NCBI RefSeq assembly: GCF_006345805.1
Contig: NC_043014.1
Span: forward strand, 2,542,001-2,606,000
Source of the DNA: Octopus sinensis
Lineage: Eukaryota
Reading direction: 5' to 3'
DNA length: 64,000 nucleotides
Shown piece by piece: positions 35,572 to 64,000 of the stretch (positions are counted from its first letter, which is position 1; the number at the start of each line of letters is the position of its first letter). The notes below the pieces were generated by a model, which saw only the letters and a list, made by a program, of their open reading frames with translations, did not search any database and was not told the DNA's origin. The position numbers and the translations under genes are program-made.

Positions 35572-37200
35572 TTTTCGGATTTAATTAATTTTATTTCGAT
35601 TTTTTAAAAATAATTTTCGTACAATCAAATTAATTTAAAGATTCTGTTAATCTTCAAAAATTACAAAAAAAAACAGAAAAGGAAAATGAAGACCAAAACA
35701 TGTTTTTTGGGTAGTGGTAGACAGGTGTCAATATTTCGAAGAATTATCATATTTCTTTGGTTTATTTCATATTTTGTTAAAAATTTTCCCTTGCTTTTTT
35801 TTGGCATATTTCCGAACCTTTTACTAAACGATCGAAATTATATAACATACTTATAATATATATATATATATATATAGATATGTGTGGGTGTGAATTGTAA
35901 CCACCCCCACGACCCACTTAAATTGAAATAAAAGACCAGACCTTCCTCCCCTCTCTTTAGTTCTAGTCTGTCAGTCTGCAAGGTTGGGTGAAGGAAGAGA
36001 CTAAGAGAAAAATTCGAGAGAATATTTTAGGACTGGCCACGTTTTTAACCTGTTTTCCTTGGAACCACTCTTAAACCCCTTTTTCACATCGATTCTCAGG
36101 TAACTCCTTTCTTTTCTCTCTTTGTCAAAATCCTTATCGTTTCCAATATTCACAAAAATGGTAAATATTTGTCCAATCTGTATATCACCAACAAAGGGGA
36201 CCACACAACATACTTACTACATTCACCAAATTTCCTAATAAATTATTTTTATATAAAATAATCACGAAGATTAATTAAAACGAGTTAATTACTGTTCTCG
36301 GTATATTTTTACAGACATGCAACGGTACACCTTGGGATTTTCATAGACATTTGGGGAATTCCACGTGTTGTGTAAATAACACTTTATGGAGACATTGAGG
36401 GAACCTGCGATTACCAAGATTAATTAAATCACCTTAAGTACTGTCTTATAGTATATTATATAAATATTATATTTTAGAATTTTTGGGGGTTGATATTCTG
36501 GGAATCTGGTACCTCGTTTGTACGTGGTACTTAACATTTTGTTCCAACGGTTTGGTACATATTTTACATCTAATTTCACCTGTTTTTAATTTACAATGAA
36601 TGCACACCCACACGTATGTATAATGTAGGCAAAATGTAATGTACATATACTTGTATAATTTTTACACACTCACACACATCTTTATATATATATACACATA
36701 CACGATGTACGCAGATACAAACACTATATATGTAAATGTGCACCCATGAGATTCCTTTATTTAATTATACTGAAGGAGTAATTTTTACCGCGTTAACCAA
36801 CCAACAGCGGCCAAACCAACCAACCAACCTCTATCGCTAACCTTCTTTAAGTCGCCATATGTTGAGTTGAAATTATATTTTAATTAATTCGCAGCGCATT
36901 GGCACATAAATTTTGGATAATTTAAAATGTAAGATGTTACCACAAGCATAGACACACACGCACATATATATATTTCTTTCTCTTCCACCACGATTTTGCC
37001 ATAACCCTGCTACTGTCTACTACAGACTCGTGTTCACATTCACCCCTTCTCTTGCGCACAGGCTGTTACACATACTCAACTCTATACACACCATCTGTGT
37101 AATGGATGGGGTGTATATCTACACAGCTATTTTCTATGTATAAATAACAGCATTGCTGGCTGATCTCGTCTTAATTCATTCTGTCTTTTATGCTTGCAGC

Positions 37201-60557
<23,357 letters not shown>

Positions 60558-61957
60558 GTAAGTAATCCCTTTTTTTCTCCCTTTCATTTCTATTAACAAA
60601 ATGAGTGTTTTACTGTGAAATAGTGTAGCCCTTGATATTGTTGACTTGTCTTTGGACATACTAACAACATCCTTGCTAATATAAAATGTCTCATCTTTTA
60701 ACATCCATTTCCATGCTTGCATCAGTGAGGCGGAACAGGCAAGGTAATGTCTTCCCATGGCTGGCTGGACCAGTTTCCACAGAAAACCGGAAACGAGAGA
60801 TCCTGCTTCTATGACGGTGATACTTGGTGTCATGTAAGAGGATACGCACACATGCACAATGGGCTTCTTCTAGTTTCTATCTGCTGAATCTATTCACAAG
60901 GCCTTGATTGGTTTAGGGCTATATTAGAAGACACTTGCCATGAAGTGGGACTGAACCTGAAACCACATGGTTTGATAGGCAAACTTTTTAGTCACAAGGC
61001 TATACCTGCCCCTACAGTCTTAATAGTAGAGAACATGAAATACAGAGAAAAATGGATCTCGTCATCGTTTGACGTCCGTTTTCCATTCTGGCATGGGTTG
61101 GATGGTTTGACTGGGGATTGGCAAGCCAGGAGGCTGCACCCAGGCTCCAATCTGATCTGGCTGTGTTTCTGCAGCTGGATGCCCTTCCTAATGCCAATCA
61201 CTGGCACAGGAGCCAGTCAGGTGACACTGGCATTGGCCATGTTTGGATGGTGCTTTTTATGTGCCACCAGCACGGGGAGCCAGCCAGATGGCACTGGCAA
61301 TGTTCCACACATGCATGGTGCTTATTGCGTGCCACCAGCTATTTGTGGAAATTTATTGCAGACAATAGGAAATCAAGTTGTAGGGGGATTGGACACTAAG
61401 TTGTCAAAAACCTGAATAGAATCACTGCTAGGTAGAAACTGCATGGAAGCCCTCATTGTGTATGTGCATCTTGCCACTTGTCTTGATTGGACACATTTTC
61501 ACAGAAGACACACGGCTTTTATATCAGTGGCACATGTCTAAACAAGGAAGCACAACCATCCACATGCATGCATATACATACATACATACACGATGGGCTC
61601 CTTTCAGTTATTTTCCAAAAGGCATTGAGTGAGCAAAGGCCCAGGGTGCCATCTATGATAGGCACAAGTGTGACTGTATGGTTAATAAGCTTGCTTCCCA
61701 TCATGTGGTTTTGGTTTCAGTCCCACTGCATAGACCCTTGGTCAAATCTTTTGGTATAGCCCGAGGTTTTCCAAAGCCTTGTGAGTGAACTTGGTAGATG
61801 GAAACTGAAAGAAGCCTGTTGTGTATGTGTGGGTGTATCTTTGCTTTGACATCACACGATGGTTGTAAATGAGCAGGTGATATTCCTCGTTTCCAGTCAT
61901 CTGTGAAAACCCGTTAGCTTAACCCTTTAGCATTCAGATTGCTCTGTCAAATGCCTT

Positions 61958-62326
61958 TTTGTAGTAAAGATTGTTTGCCAACGTAACATGGCAGTCCTGG
62001 TTTAGGACTAATGTTGCTGTAATTTAGCCCCAGGGACATCTCCAGCTGGCTATACGACCCGATCTGTGTCCTTATATTTTCGAACAAGGGAATCTAGCAC
62101 CCCCACTCGTTATTCTGTGCTGATGAAGGGTAATAACCCAGAAATGCGATACACAGATATTGTTTTGAGCTGAGTGGGTGTGCTAGATTCCCTTGTTCGA
62201 AAATATAAGGACACAGATCATGTCGTATAGACATTTGGAGACGATGTCTCCTGGGGATGAATTACAACAACATCCATCCTAAACCAGGACTGCCATATTA
62301 TGTTGGCAAACAATCTTTACTACAAA
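61958..62326. mobile_element. Foldback element (arms about 150 bp) with a hammerhead-like spacer, nested in MITE A
   Basis: Arms 61958-62108 / 62172-62326 include a perfect 40-bp match; single-arm relative at about 15360-15470. Confidence 0.85.
62114..62157 (+). ncRNA. Hammerhead-like motif in the foldback spacer
   Basis: TCTGTG-CTGATGA-A-GGGT(AATA)ACCC-A-GAAA-T(GCG)A-TA-CACAGA; one extra A before G12. Confidence 0.55.
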
Positions 62327-63011
62327 GTACTGTTGCTGAATTATCTTGCGTTGTGAGATTTTAAAAGTAGTAATTTTCTAATTTAGTATGCCTTTTTATT
62401 CACATTGGTTTGATTTAACCCTGCATTATCTTGTAACTTTGAGATTTCAAAGACATTATTGTTTATGTTAGCATCGTATTCTAGGGTAGGTGCGAGAGTA
62501 GCTGGTTTGAACTCAAAACATGCAGAAAACTTGTACTGGATTTGGCCTGTTTAAATGCTAAAGAGTTAGGTGGAAATATTACCCTGCTTGGAAGCAGGTG
62601 AGACTTAGCAATGGGAAGGACATCCGATCATATTATATCTGTTTTAACAATTCATCTGACCCATGCAAGCATAGGAAAGTGGATGTTAAAACATTGTTGA
62701 AGATTGATATATTTTCAAGATTTGCAGCATTCAGATGAGATTCTCAATTGCTGTCCTCCTTCCATGTTGGGCTTTAGACAATTGAAGTTCCACTAGTATT
62801 TTGAGAAAACAATGGAATTTATAAGTTTATAGAGTCAAAAACTTGAAATCTCAAATAAGGGATTTCTTTAGAAAAAATAATATATTGGGTTGTTAGTTTT
62901 CTGTCTTTTTCTACTTGGTACACCATTGTTATATGTTTGAAAACAAATCTTATAGAAATTTCAAAGACAAAAAGTTGTAGAAGAAATAAATCTACAAAAA
63001 TAAAACATTAA

Positions 63012-63483
63012 CCCTTTCGTTACCGTATTTCTGTTGAGATGCTCTGTGTTTCTTTCATTTACTTTAAATATTACAAAGAATTCAGTAAAATAACTTCGTT
63101 ATCATTCAGCTAGTGTTAGGAACATAAATTGTGACTAAGGTTTGGTTGAAGATTTTAATTCAGAACTTATGAAAACAAGACATTTGTACTCAGACCCAGA
63201 GACAGTTTCAGCCGTGTTGGTATCAAAAGGGTTAAGAATTGTTTCTCTATTATATATATTTTAACCCTTTTGTTACCATATTTCTGTTGAGATGCTCTGT
63301 GTTTCTTTCAATTGATTTTAAATATAACAAAGAATTTAGTAAAATAACTTAGTTGTCATTCAGCTAGTGTTGGGAACATAAATTGTGACTAAGGTTTGGA
63401 AGATTTTAATTCAAAACTTATGAAAACAAGACATCTGTACTACAGAGCCAGAGGCGGTTTCAGCCAGGTTGGTTATGAAAGGG
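63012..63483. mobile_element. Two adjacent piggyBac-like MITE B copies
   Basis: 63012-63231 and 63265-63483, each CCCTTT...AAAGGG flanked by TTAA. Confidence 0.88.
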
Positions 63484-63704
63484 TTAAAAAAGAAGGATAA
63501 AAATAGTTTCGTGTTGAGGCACAAGACATTGGAAAGGATTAAAATAAACAGGGGTTGGAGAAGCAAATTTATCTAACAATCCACTAACACAAAACAAACC
63601 CCAGTTATAAAAACTAACCCTGAACTCGAAGTATTATCCATTATTTTGTGTTTGGTGTATTCTTGTGTCCGTCATTGATGTTTGCTCCTCCATTTCCTTT
63701 GCAG

Positions 63705-63765
63705 TTGTGTGCATGGTGTGGACCAACATGTCCCTATGTTACATGTGGAGTCGATGATGACGTGA
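63705..63765 (+). CDS. Candidate alternative IMPDH C-terminal exon (coding part)
   Basis: Polypyrimidine tract plus CAG acceptor at 63702-63704. In phase with exon 14 it reads (S)CVHGVDQHVPMLHVESMMT-stop. Possible donor GTAGGC at 63781. Confidence 0.45.
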
Positions 63766-64000
63766 ACAACAAACTGTTTGGTAGGCCTGTCTACCGCCAC
63801 TACTCTCCTACCACCACTACACACCTCCTACTACTGCTGTCGTCAGCGTTGTCTTGTCTTGGCTTTTTTAGTTTTATATATGTATATATATATATACACA
63901 CTCGACTTAATTGCGTATATATATATATATATATACGTCTGTATTGATGTAATTGTTGCTGCTGAGTGGAGTTTTTTTTTTTTTTTCATCTGTTCCACGA

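Noticed and set aside
35960-36220. Divergent gene exon or extra IMPDH exon (splice-like signals at 35960, 36099 and 36217)
   Set aside because: No open coding frame or recognisable protein; isolated splice motifs are not enough without RNA data.
63165-63425. TATGAAAA as the canonical last IMPDH exon (YEK...)
   Set aside because: Both hits are inside MITE B copies, lack an acceptor and do not read YEKRL.

Overview
Eukaryotic, AT-rich, repeat-saturated genomic DNA. It is most likely an octopus (coleoid cephalopod); this is inferred from the SINE/MITE repertoire and microsatellite density, and the species cannot be determined from the sequence. The one host protein-coding gene I can support is IMP dehydrogenase (IMPDH) on the + strand: 14 GT-AG exons from 37201 to 60557 splice in frame to 507 codons, collinear with human IMPDH numbering (Y12, C331, R356, R429-Y430). 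The canonical last exon (YEKRL-type) is not in the window. The rest is several tRNA-derived SINE families, an RTE-tailed (GAT)n repeat, 5'-truncated LINEs (R4/Dong-like, CR1-like, RTE), piggyBac-, hAT- and MULE-like MITEs, Helitrons and simple repeats. Almost all other ORF-track entries are microsatellite or SINE artefacts. The most interesting signals are: (1) five hammerhead-ribozyme-like motifs in short repeats, two of them enclosed by long inverted repeats; (2) two IMPDH codons (S251, Q253) that A-to-I editing would convert to the conserved G251/R253 at the NAD adenosine subsite; (3) a candidate alternative C-terminal IMPDH exon in the intron equivalent to the one holding vertebrate retinal exon 13b; (4) a candidate Pol III panhandle RNA upstream of IMPDH; (5) 184-bp SINE multimers sharing one palindromic junction at two independent loci. 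Repeat coordinates are read by eye and are approximate to about 10 bp.
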